Assembly (NCBI GenBank): GCA_039811685.1
Contig: JBDHZC010000002.1
Location: forward strand, 96,001-160,000
DNA: 64,000 nucleotides
Direction: 5' to 3'
DNA from: Armatimonadota bacterium
GTDB lineage: Bacteria > Armatimonadota > UBA5829 > DSUL01
Shown in pieces: positions 50,409 to 59,098 of this stretch. Position 1 is the stretch's first letter; every line of letters starts with the position of its first letter. The translations under genes and the position numbers were made by a program. Below the pieces are notes generated by a model. That model saw only the letters and a list, made by a program, of their open reading frames with translations, was not told the origin of the DNA and did not search any database.

Positions 50409-51049
50409 CCGGTTCCAAAGGTGGATCGCGCGGTGTCTTCATCACGTTTGAAGGGGTTGAAGGCGCGGGCAAGTCAACACAGATTGCTCTGGTGGCGCAG
50501 GCCCTGCGGGACAGAGGATACACGGTGTGCCTGACACGGGAGCCGGGCGGTGAGCCTCTGGCCGAGAAGATACGGCAGCTTCTTCTGGACTCTACAGACG
50601 ATCCTCCCACCCCACGCACTGAGCTGCTTCTGATGCAGGCTGCTCGCGCACAACACGTTGACAGACTGATCCGCCCCCATCTCGAGGCAGGAGAAGTCGT
50701 GATCTGCGACAGATTTTACCATTCGACCATAGCCTACCAGGGCTTTGCGCGTGGACTTGACACTGAGTTCATTCAGCGCAGCACGGATTTTGCTGTGGAC
50801 AGCGTTCACCCTACGGTTACTCTTGTGCTGGACATCCCGCCCGAAGAAGGACTCCTGCGACAGTCGAAGCGCAACCGGATGGAGAGCGAAGATATAGGCT
50901 TTCACCAGAGAGTGCGAGAAGGGTTTCTGGAGCAGGTCAAAGCATTGCCGGCAACGGTGAAACTTGTTGATGCGCACGGTAGTGTCGAAGAGGTACATCA
51001 ACGCGTTATGTGCGTGCTGGAACCAATCCTCAAGATTCCTGGCGATTGA
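50405..51049 (+). CDS. tmk: Thymidylate kinase
   Basis: [30 protein letters not shown]; the stop codon lies inside the first repeat unit. Confidence 0.95.
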   Translation: MTGSKGGSRGVFITFEGVEGAGKSTQIALVAQALRDRGYTVCLTREPGGEPLAEKIRQLLLDSTDDPPTPRTELLLMQAARAQHVDRLIRPHLEAGEVVICDRFYHSTIAYQGFARGLDTEFIQRSTDFAVDSVHPTVTLVLDIPPEEGLLRQSKRNRMESEDIGFHQRVREGFLEQVKALPATVKLVDAHGSVEEVHQRVMCVLEPILKIPGD

Positions 51050-51462
51050 AATCGCGGCTACCTACACAAAGTCTCCCTGCGGAGACTGCTGACCCTCAGC
51101 CTGCGAAGGCAGGCTTCGTCTTTACAAGCGCGGTTTCAACCGCCGGCCTCAGATTGCTTCAGCACAACAAACCCGGCGATTGAAATCGCGGCTACACATA
51201 CAAAGTCTCCCTTCGGAGACTGCTGACCCTCAGCCTGCGAAGGCAGGCTTCGTCTTTACAGGCGCGGTTTCAACCGCCGACCTCAGATTGCTTCAGCACA
51301 ACAAACCCGGCGATTGAAATCGCAGCTACCTGCACAAAGTCTCCCTGCGGAGACTACTGACCCTCAGCCTGCGAAGGCAGGCTTCGTCTTTACAGGCGCG
51401 GTTTCAACCGCCGGCCGTGTCGAGCGACGTGGCTTCAACCGCCGGCCGCCTCAACCGCCGGC
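51041..51462. repeat. Tandem array of three 134-bp REP/REPIN-like palindromic units plus short terminal repeats
   Basis: Units start at 51041, 51175 and 51309. Each has inverted arms GGCGATTGAAATCGC / CGCGGTTTCAACCGCC and inner hairpins AGTCTCC...GGAGACT and AGCCTGC...GCAGGCT. TCAACCGCCGGC is repeated at the end. Confidence 0.9.
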
Positions 51463-51495
51463 TCCCTCTGACCAGGTTCTCACTGTCAAAGAGAC

Positions 51496-52482
51496 TCAGT
51501 ACCCTCTTGAGCGCAGATATTCCGTTGGCATCTCCTGCCCGGAGAGAAACGCGTTGAGATTTGCCGCAACGTTGGCAGCGCCGCGCTCACCATAATGCGG
51601 CGTCGTTCCGCTGACGTGCGGGGTAATAATGACCTGCGGCATGTCCCAGAGCGGTGAATCCGGCGCAAGCGGCTCTTGCTCAAAGACATCCAGGCACGCG
51701 CCCCCCAGATGACCACTCGCCAACGCCTCTAGCAGGGCGCTCTGGTCCACGACGCTTCCGCGCGAGATATTTACAAGAACGCTGCCGGGTTTCATCTGCG
51801 CAAGCGCCGAGGGCCCAATCAGACACTGAGACTCAGGGGTCTGCGGCACGCAAAGCACTGTGAAGTCAGACTCAAGCAAGAGTGGGCCAATATCACTTCG
51901 CTCTACCCAGAGGTCGGCTTCGTCTTCTGACGCACTGCGAGAGCGAGTGGCCACTGTGCGCGCTCCGAGGGCGCGGCACCTCCGCGCCACCTCACGCCCG
52001 ATATGACCCATCCCGACAATGCCGACCGTCGCATTCTGAAACTCTCGAATTCGCCTGCCTGGCGCTTCGCGAGTCCATCTGTGCTCGCCTTGCGATCGCG
52101 CGAAAAAGTCCAGGCGACGGCATAGGGAGAGAATCATCGCCATCACGTGCTCTGCGATCGGGACAGCGAAGACTCCCTTTTGTGTAGTGAGACGGATTTT
52201 CGTCGCCAGCAGCTCAGGGGTCAGCGCGTGGTTGATTCCGGCGCTGCCGAATTGGATCCACTCCAGCTTCTTCATCTTCTGCAAAGCGTCTGGACGCACG
52301 CCCCAAGTCACCAGAACTTCCACATCTTCCAGGCCCTCAGGTTGGGCGTCCGCACTCTGCACCACACGTACACAATGTCCTTCGAACACTTTTCGTACGC
52401 GCTCAACGTAACCCGCGATGATGTCAGACGCTTCCAGATGGTGGGCCATCCAGATCAAGACATTCAGTTGCCTGTCAGCCAC
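51496..52482 (-). CDS. D-isomer specific 2-hydroxyacid dehydrogenase
   Basis: GIVGMGHIG, NISRG, LDVFEQEP, TPHVSG. Confidence 0.92.
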   Translation of the reverse strand: MADRQLNVLIWMAHHLEASDIIAGYVERVRKVFEGHCVRVVQSADAQPEGLEDVEVLVTWGVRPDALQKMKKLEWIQFGSAGINHALTPELLATKIRLTTQKGVFAVPIAEHVMAMILSLCRRLDFFARSQGEHRWTREAPGRRIREFQNATVGIVGMGHIGREVARRCRALGARTVATRSRSASEDEADLWVERSDIGPLLLESDFTVLCVPQTPESQCLIGPSALAQMKPGSVLVNISRGSVVDQSALLEALASGHLGGACLDVFEQEPLAPDSPLWDMPQVIITPHVSGTTPHYGERGAANVAANLNAFLSGQEMPTEYLRSRGY

Positions 52483-53545
52483 TCATCACACTCCAGAAAA
52501 GCTGTGCAGTCTCGAGCGAAAGACGCTTTTGCTCACGCGTAAAGGACTCAAGAGCGCTTTTATGCTGCAAACGATGGTCCCACAAAGTCGACAGAGAAGA
52601 GAAGATATTGTCCTCCGTCAAGCCATCCAGCTCCAGCCAGGGCATCCCGGCGGCTTGGCAAAACCTGCGGACTTTTGGATCGTAGGCAATGCCCAGAAAC
52701 GGTGCGTGGCTGCGGGCCGCTAGAATCAACGAGTGCAGTCTCATTCCACACACCATCGCCATACGATCAAACAGTTCCACCATTGCGGCTGGCCCTTCTG
52801 GCACATTCAGGTCACTGGTGCTGACGCGCGCGACGCTTGAGGCTCGATCAGATATCACGACATCCTGTGGCTGTTGAAAAGGAACGAACATAAGTCTTAG
52901 AGAACTCCGGGTGGCAGCAGCGGCACAAGCCGAGGCAACGTCGCGCTCGTGAGCTTCTATCCCCGGCCACTCGCGCAGTGCCACACCAAACAAATCTCTG
53001 GTATCAGAAACCTGTCCAGAAGTCTGCAGTGAGAACGCGGGGTCGGCTGTCAGTGACAGAAGAGCTTCAGGCACACCAAGAGCCGCCAGCTCCCCCAGCG
53101 ATTTTGAATCGCGCAACGTCACTGCTGCAGCGCGCGAGATCGCCCTTCCAGCCTTCGCGCGCAAACTGGCGTCTCTCAAGGGTCCGAACCCCTGCGCCCA
53201 CAGAAACAGCTTCCTGCGCAAAGACAACGCTGCCCGCATCAGCCACACATAGTAAGACGCAGAGCGGCGGCTGGTGGCGTCCTGTATGAGACTCCCGCCT
53301 CCCAGAATCAGACAGTCACACCACATCAGCGCGGACAACACCGCTACAGGAGAAAAACGGGCATACGATCGCACACCGTGGAGTTGATGAGTCCGGACAG
53401 GAGAAGCGCTGAGAGCCCGCAGATCCCAGGCAGTACTGGCAGAGGCCGCCTCAAGAGACGCCAGGATACCCGCGAGCACGATTTCATCACCCGCATTCCC
53501 ACTGCCATAGTATCCGGCTGCGAGGATTCTAAGCGGACGGCCCAT
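52475..53545 (-). CDS. csaB: Polysaccharide pyruvyl transferase CsaB
   Basis: GYYGSGNAGDE, GGGSLIQDATS, AQGFGP, TLRD..S, TADP, GMRLHSLI, YDPKV. Confidence 0.9.
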   Translation of the reverse strand: MGRPLRILAAGYYGSGNAGDEIVLAGILASLEAASASTAWDLRALSASPVRTHQLHGVRSYARFSPVAVLSALMWCDCLILGGGSLIQDATSRRSASYYVWLMRAALSLRRKLFLWAQGFGPLRDASLRAKAGRAISRAAAVTLRDSKSLGELAALGVPEALLSLTADPAFSLQTSGQVSDTRDLFGVALREWPGIEAHERDVASACAAAATRSSLRLMFVPFQQPQDVVISDRASSVARVSTSDLNVPEGPAAMVELFDRMAMVCGMRLHSLILAARSHAPFLGIAYDPKVRRFCQAAGMPWLELDGLTEDNIFSSLSTLWDHRLQHKSALESFTREQKRLSLETAQLFWSVMSG

Positions 53546-55493
53546 CAGTGGCCACTTTCGAATCGGCTCCCAGTCCCAGCCGCCGCAACAGCCAGATGAG
53601 AACCGCCCCTGTCACAAGTCCCACCCACGCGCCATTGATAACGCGTACAACCGTGATCTCCAGGGGCGTATGAATGTGGCAGAAGCTGTTCAACGCCGAG
53701 ACTAACCCCACCATAGCGAGCACGAAGAAGAAACTGGCCCAGGCTCGCTGCCTTTGAAGTGACAACCAGAGAGCCGCGACTAAAGCGGGATACCCGACCA
53801 GGATTTCCTTGCTGCGCGGACGCACGAAGAGAATCTGGTCTAACACAGCGCGGAAGCGAAGCTCAAGCGGAGACACCCCGACACCCGCGTCATTTCCTGA
53901 GCGAACAACGACAACGAGCAAGACTACGAGGGCAACCAGCGCAACAAACCCGTACCCAAAGAGCACAGGAGTCTGCCAGGCTTCCCGCACGCGCGCGGCC
54001 ATTCGAGTCTTCATTTCCTTCCACGCAAGCGGCTCTCCCAGGAGCCCCGCGATAGCTGCAAATGCGACAACGACAACGGGCAGCAGATGGGCGAGCTTCA
54101 CTCCGGCGAACTGACTGGTTTCCGTCATAAACAGTCTTCCCGACAGGATTGCGGCGATAAGAACACCTCCGTAAACCGCACAGACGATCGCGGAAAGATA
54201 CAGCACGAGCAATTGAAGCGAGCGCAAAATGGCTGGTATCCTGACAGCCTCAGGGAGTTGATTCACGAGTCGCACGGTGCGAGCCAGGCCCCACACCGGG
54301 AAAACGAGTGCCGAGAGCAGCGCCAGTCCCTTGCGTCCAACGTCACCCGCAAACACGGCGGCAAACAGGACAACAACTGTGATCCCAAAGGCCGCTCCAG
54401 CCGCCCCCGGTTTAAGATCAACAAACTCTGTCAACACCAGTATTACACCCGCCGCTAAGGCAATGGCCATCAGCAGTAACTCCCACCGGAGCGGATGTGG
54501 ATCGCCGATGATGGACGCCGCTCCAGGGCGGTAGCCAGACTTGCGGAGTCCGCTGACAATCTCGTGGATGTAGCTGGCATTGTTCTCCAACGCAGTGGGC
54601 CCGCTCATTTCGATCAACCGGATATACAGCAGGCGTACATTGCGCTCTCGCGCCGCGCGAACGAAGCGCTCCACCGCAGCGGGTTGCTGATAGTTGGCCA
54701 TCTCTGAGCCCGATATGCTGTGAACGCGGATGTACCGGCCCTTCAAGAGAGTCCCCAGCTTATCTGAGCCTTTCTGCTTGCTGAACTCAATATTGCCGAA
54801 GATGAGGTGTGAGCGCTCGAACCACTCCGCTGTCTGTTTCACCCCGCCGTTCCAGCCGAGCACTTCGTCTCCCGCGAAAATAACCTTTTCGATGTTGAAC
54901 GCCTGCATCTGCTTTGCCAGAAAACCCAGAAAGCTATCATTGACCTCGGAGAAATTGTTCACGCGGCCCACTACAGAGAAGCCGAGCCTCCGTATCTGCC
55001 CAAGAATCTGGCTTTGCGTATCAAATCCGAGTGGCAGGCGCGCAATTTCTGCGGGCGGAAGGCTGAGAGGTCCGATGGTTGTCCCCTGCTGAGAGCTTCC
55101 GCGGCGCTGTGGCTCCTCACTGAGAAAACCACCAGATCGGAGAGCTTCACGGATAACGCGGGAGATAAGAGCGGAATCGCAGACTATCTGATAGCGCAGT
55201 GCGCCATCTGTGGAGACCGGCTCAAGCCGCGCGGCGCCTATGTTCAGGTAGCTGCCGATCGTGCTCTGAGTGACGGCGATACTGGTGACGCCACTGTTTT
55301 TCAGTTCGGTCAGAACATCGGTCAGACCCGGAGAGCCCGGGCGCGAAGCCAGAGACTGCACCTCGTCCAGATCAAGAGCTATCTGGACATTTCGATCAGC
55401 TTTTTCGACGGCGATTCGGCGCGAAAGAGTCGAAAATGAGCCCAGTAATCCGGGTACAAGCAAGGCAATGAACAGCAGACGCAGGGATCTCAT
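53529..55493 (-). CDS. DUF5693 family membrane protein
   Basis: RVHSI, RAARERNVR, FAGVKL, RSGN, RPRSKE.L.GYP, NSFCHIHTP; upstream of csaB. Confidence 0.8.
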   Translation of the reverse strand: MRSLRLLFIALLVPGLLGSFSTLSRRIAVEKADRNVQIALDLDEVQSLASRPGSPGLTDVLTELKNSGVTSIAVTQSTIGSYLNIGAARLEPVSTDGALRYQIVCDSALISRVIREALRSGGFLSEEPQRRGSSQQGTTIGPLSLPPAEIARLPLGFDTQSQILGQIRRLGFSVVGRVNNFSEVNDSFLGFLAKQMQAFNIEKVIFAGDEVLGWNGGVKQTAEWFERSHLIFGNIEFSKQKGSDKLGTLLKGRYIRVHSISGSEMANYQQPAAVERFVRAARERNVRLLYIRLIEMSGPTALENNASYIHEIVSGLRKSGYRPGAASIIGDPHPLRWELLLMAIALAAGVILVLTEFVDLKPGAAGAAFGITVVVLFAAVFAGDVGRKGLALLSALVFPVWGLARTVRLVNQLPEAVRIPAILRSLQLLVLYLSAIVCAVYGGVLIAAILSGRLFMTETSQFAGVKLAHLLPVVVVAFAAIAGLLGEPLAWKEMKTRMAARVREAWQTPVLFGYGFVALVALVVLLVVVVRSGNDAGVGVSPLELRFRAVLDQILFVRPRSKEILVGYPALVAALWLSLQRQRAWASFFFVLAMVGLVSALNSFCHIHTPLEITVVRVINGAWVGLVTGAVLIWLLRRLGLGADSKVATDGPSA

Positions 55494-55539
55494 AGGGCCA
55501 ACAACAGTCTTTCTCCTACAGGTACGCGCACCAAGTTCG

Positions 55540-56265
55540 CTACCAGCTCTTCCTTAACCTGCCTGTCCCTCTGCCTGTTTTGTGCCAACCGCCAAGCAGG
55601 ATAAGCAGGATAATACCACTGGCAAAACCGCCGATATGCGCCCAGTAGGCGACTCCGCCGTCAATCTGAGCGCCACTCTGGAGATAGGCGCTTCCGATCT
55701 GTGTGAGTATCCAGATTCCAAGCATGAAAAAAGCTGGAACGCGCATGGTTGTCAGGACGAAACCGAACGGTACAAGACAGTACACACGGGCGTTCGGATA
55801 GAGCAGAATGTAGGCTCCCAGCACTCCTGCTATGGCCCCACTGGCGCCAACTGTAGGTACAGACGATGAAGGCTCGGAGACAATGTGAGCCAGAGCTGCA
55901 AGAAACCCGGAGCCCAGATAGAAAACGAGATACTTCACATGCCCCAGCCGATCTTCAATGTTGTTTCCAAAGATCAGCAGATAGACCATGTTTCCGATGA
56001 TATGCAGCCAGCCTCCATGCATGAACATGCTGGTAAAGATGGTGAGGTAAGGATCGGGGACTACCGGCGGATGCGGCTTCAAACCCGTGACATAGGCCGG
56101 CACCATCGCAAACTGCATGAGTCCGGCAAAACGGTGTGGCCCCATATCGGCAATCGCCAGCCCGTGCGCTTCCTGATTGAAAAACACGACTGCATTGATG
56201 GCCACCAGCGCCCAGGTGACGTAGGGCGTGAGTGTCGTCGGATTGTCATCTCGCAGCGGAATCAT
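55540..56265 (-). CDS. Rhomboid family intramembrane serine protease
   Basis: MIPLRDDNP, SMFMHGGWLHIIGN, GASGAIAG, VAYWAHIGGF. Confidence 0.93.
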   Translation of the reverse strand: MIPLRDDNPTTLTPYVTWALVAINAVVFFNQEAHGLAIADMGPHRFAGLMQFAMVPAYVTGLKPHPPVVPDPYLTIFTSMFMHGGWLHIIGNMVYLLIFGNNIEDRLGHVKYLVFYLGSGFLAALAHIVSEPSSSVPTVGASGAIAGVLGAYILLYPNARVYCLVPFGFVLTTMRVPAFFMLGIWILTQIGSAYLQSGAQIDGGVAYWAHIGGFASGIILLILLGGWHKTGRGTGRLRKSW

Positions 56266-56314
56266 TGCGTCTTGGAGAAGTTTACACTGTCAGTTGCACA
56301 TCCTGCCGTCATAG

Positions 56315-56357
56315 AACAAAGAAAACGCCTCCGCGGCTGTCAACTCCGCGGAGGCGT
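56315..56357 (-). terminator. Intrinsic terminator after 56443..56772
   Basis: Perfect 12-bp stem ACGCCTCCGCGG/CCGCGGAGGCGT followed by TTTCTTTGTT on the minus strand. Confidence 0.75.
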
Positions 56358-56442
56358 CTCTCTACTTTTCTCCAGCCTGCTACAAGCAGATCAGGTGTCT
56401 TAAGACTTCTGGACTCCCATAAAAAGCGATACTATAACCCTG

Positions 56443-56772
56443 TCACTTCTCCTTCGCCGTATCATGCAGATCTGGCAAGCGGGTCAGCTCCTGCAGCTCA
56501 AAGTGAACATCTATGACTTCGTGAATATCTATGGGACCCATGCGGTCAAAGCGCTCTTTGTCGCTTTCCGTGACTTCACAGGGCACATCCAGCAAAAGTC
56601 TCTCGTCCCACTCCTCCTGTTTGATAAACTGCTCGCCCAGGCGCTTGCAGCGAGAGCATCGAAACTTGAGCCACACGAAACTGGGTCCCGCGACTCTCAA
56701 GTAGTAGCCCTTCTGCATGACATCCTTTGCCACAACGCGGTTTCCACAGTTGCAGCGGATGTGAGTTCGCAT
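56443..56772 (-). CDS. Small hypothetical zinc-ribbon protein
   Basis: CNC...CSRC, acidic C-terminal half; GGAGG RBS, upstream TGcTATAAT, own terminator. Confidence 0.7.
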   Translation of the reverse strand: MRTHIRCNCGNRVVAKDVMQKGYYLRVAGPSFVWLKFRCSRCKRLGEQFIKQEEWDERLLLDVPCEVTESDKERFDRMGPIDIHEVIDVHFELQELTRLPDLHDTAKEK

Positions 56773-57479
56773 GCTCTGGCCTCCGTGCGGGGTCAGCCTC
56801 AGATTATCCCAAGATGGCCGCCCAATCAGATTATAGCATAGCCGCGAGGCGCGTGACTATGACGGTACCTGGTGAATTTTTCTCCTTAGGTTCGAGGAGA
56901 TGTCCGCGCGGCCGGCGCCATCTGAAATCTCTGCCTCCGCCATCCCGCTATCAATACTGGTTTGTGGCGCCCAGGAGGCCATTGGCACGCTTCGTGCCGG
57001 TATTATCAATGGCAGACTGTGGGGCGCGACCTCTCCGAGACGCATCCTGCTGCCTGCCAGCCGGCGGCTTGCGGGTGAAAGCCTGCTGCCTTCGGTATTG
57101 TGCATAACCCTGTTTCAGAAAAAACATCCGAATCTGTTGAAATTCGTTGTTTACAAAACTGAGGGGTATCGGTTAGTATAGAAATGTGCTGGTGTCGATT
57201 CCTCACGTTAAGCCGCTTTTGCGGGGATCACTGAGGATCCACCTCCCGCGGAACATTTCGCTCGGCAAGGGAGCTCAGCGGCAGAGTTCAATTCTTTACC
57301 TGCTATTCGTGGGCTGCGTCTGATCTGATTTTGAATGTGGACTCAGCCGGAGATGACGCCCCCTGGCCGGACGAGTGTTAGTTCGTTTTGCGACGAGGTG
57401 TTGCGAGACGTCTCTCGAATGGTCTCCGGAGGGGGCTCCCGACAACGGAATTACACCGCACGAAATTTACTTTTCTCAC

Positions 57480-57509
57480 TTGACGCCGCCGCAGGGCGAG
57501 CGATATAAT
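57480..57509 (+). promoter_or_regulatory. Strong sigma70-type promoter
   Basis: TTGACG-N18-TATAAT upstream of 57562. Confidence 0.65.
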
Positions 57510-57561
57510 AACCACAGCTACAGGTGTCTTCTGTCGGCTCTGTGGAAAGGAGAGATTCTAA

Positions 57562-58221
57562 ATGAAGAATCGGACAGGATTTGCTCTTTTGGCAGCAACG
57601 ATGGTGCTGGGGATTGCCGTCAGCGCGTCAGCTGCTCCTGTTACATCAACTATCACCCTCGGTACAGGCTGGAATATGATTGCCCTGCCGACTGTTCCGC
57701 TCAACCCCGCTCCCGATGCGGTCCTCCAGGACCTCGCCAATGTGCAGGATGTTGACGGGAACATTGTTCGCTGGGACCCGATAAACCGATCCAATGTCCA
57801 GTTCTACTCCTTCGACCCCGAGAGCTTTGGCAATCTGCTGATTGGCGATGGCTACTGGGTGTTGAAGACCACCAGCGGGTCGCTGACCGCAAGCTATCAG
57901 GGCGTGGACGTGAGTGGCGATCATTGGATCAGCCTGCCGCGCAAGGGCTGGACTCTCATCGGCTATCCGAATAACACTCCGGCATCAAAGATCTATGATG
58001 ACGTGTTGGTTACCAACGGCATCGAGACCAAGTCAATGGAAGATGCGATTGGAGCCGGATGGGTCAACGACTTTGCCTTCACATGGGACAATGGCAACCG
58101 CTCGCTTCTGTCAGTGAGTCTGAGCAGCGACGTTGGAGACCTTGTTGAATTGGAGAAGGGCAAGGGCTACTGGTTCCAGAGCAAGGTTGACAACCTGGCG
58201 CTTATCATTCCAGGTAGCTAG
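57562..58221 (+). CDS. Secreted protein made of two GW(N/T)xIxxP...GxGYW repeats
   Basis: Signal peptide (ASA-A); LGTGWNMIALP...GDGYWV and LPRKGWTLIGYP...GKGYWF; own promoter, RBS and terminator. Confidence 0.8.
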   Translation: MKNRTGFALLAATMVLGIAVSASAAPVTSTITLGTGWNMIALPTVPLNPAPDAVLQDLANVQDVDGNIVRWDPINRSNVQFYSFDPESFGNLLIGDGYWVLKTTSGSLTASYQGVDVSGDHWISLPRKGWTLIGYPNNTPASKIYDDVLVTNGIETKSMEDAIGAGWVNDFAFTWDNGNRSLLSVSLSSDVGDLVELEKGKGYWFQSKVDNLALIIPGS

Positions 58222-58251
58222 TCCGATCTGAACAAATTCCGTTAGGGATTG

Positions 58252-58284
58252 AAAGGCCTGTCGGAAACGGCAGGCCTTTTTTCT
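58252..58284 (+). terminator. Intrinsic terminator (possibly bidirectional)
   Basis: AAAGGCCTGTCG-GAAA-CGGCAGGCCTTT followed by a T run, between convergent genes. Confidence 0.8.
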
Positions 58285-58313
58285 TGCCTGGATGACCGAG
58301 GTGTGCGGCGCCG

Positions 58314-59078
58314 CTAGGAGTGCCGGAGAGACTGAACAATAGCTGGCAGAGCACTGGCTGAAGGCTGGCGCACGTGGACCTGCGCCAAAGCAGACAGATG
58401 CGTCTGGTTTGGGTTAAGCTCGATCACCGTCCCTCCTGCGCGCAACACGGCTTCCGCCAGGCCGTAGCCTCCACTGACAAATCCGGAAGTGCCGACAACA
58501 AGAAGGGCGTCCGACTGCGTCGCAAAGAGCAGCGCGCGTTCGATCAGCCCTTCCGGGAGCAACTCCCCAAACCAGACGACGCCGGGCCTCAGAAGTCCAG
58601 CACACTGACCACAGACAGGTAGATCATCCGTCTGACGAAGCAGGGCGGGGTTGATATACGCTTCGACGCGCTTTTCAGTGCCACAATGTGTGCATCTGAC
58701 AGTCAACAAATCGCCGTGAATCTTGACGATTTTCTGGCTGCCGGCGCGCTCACTCAAGTCATCAACGTTCTGTGTTACCAGCAGGAAGCGTGGGAATATC
58801 CTTTCCATCTCAGCCAGCGCCAGATGCCCTGGATTTGGCTTCACTTCCAGTAGCCGTTTCTGCCGCTCAGCATAGAAGCGCCAAACTGTCACCGGGTCTC
58901 GCTTGAAACCCTCTGGTGTCGCAACGTCCTCAACCCGATGGCCTTCCCAGAGGCCACCCTGATCCCGAAAAGTCTGGAGTCCGCTTTCCGCGCTCAGACC
59001 AGCGCCCGCAAACACCAGAATTTGACTGGCAGAGCGCAGGGCGTCAATTGCTGATTGAAGCGGTTGTTCTATGCCCAT
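58314..59078 (-). CDS. cobB: NAD-dependent protein deacylase (sirtuin)
   Basis: GAGLSAESG..TFR, FYAER (YxxR), TQNVD, IHG, CxxC...CxxC, RPGVVWFGE. Confidence 0.92.
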   Translation of the reverse strand: MGIEQPLQSAIDALRSASQILVFAGAGLSAESGLQTFRDQGGLWEGHRVEDVATPEGFKRDPVTVWRFYAERQKRLLEVKPNPGHLALAEMERIFPRFLLVTQNVDDLSERAGSQKIVKIHGDLLTVRCTHCGTEKRVEAYINPALLRQTDDLPVCGQCAGLLRPGVVWFGELLPEGLIERALLFATQSDALLVVGTSGFVSGGYGLAEAVLRAGGTVIELNPNQTHLSALAQVHVRQPSASALPAIVQSLRHS

Positions 59079-59098
59079 CCCACAATTATTCTGCTGCG

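Noticed and set aside
51041..51414. CRISPR array interpretation of the tandem repeats
   Set aside because: Units are 134 bp with constant linkers, no variable spacers and no cas genes.
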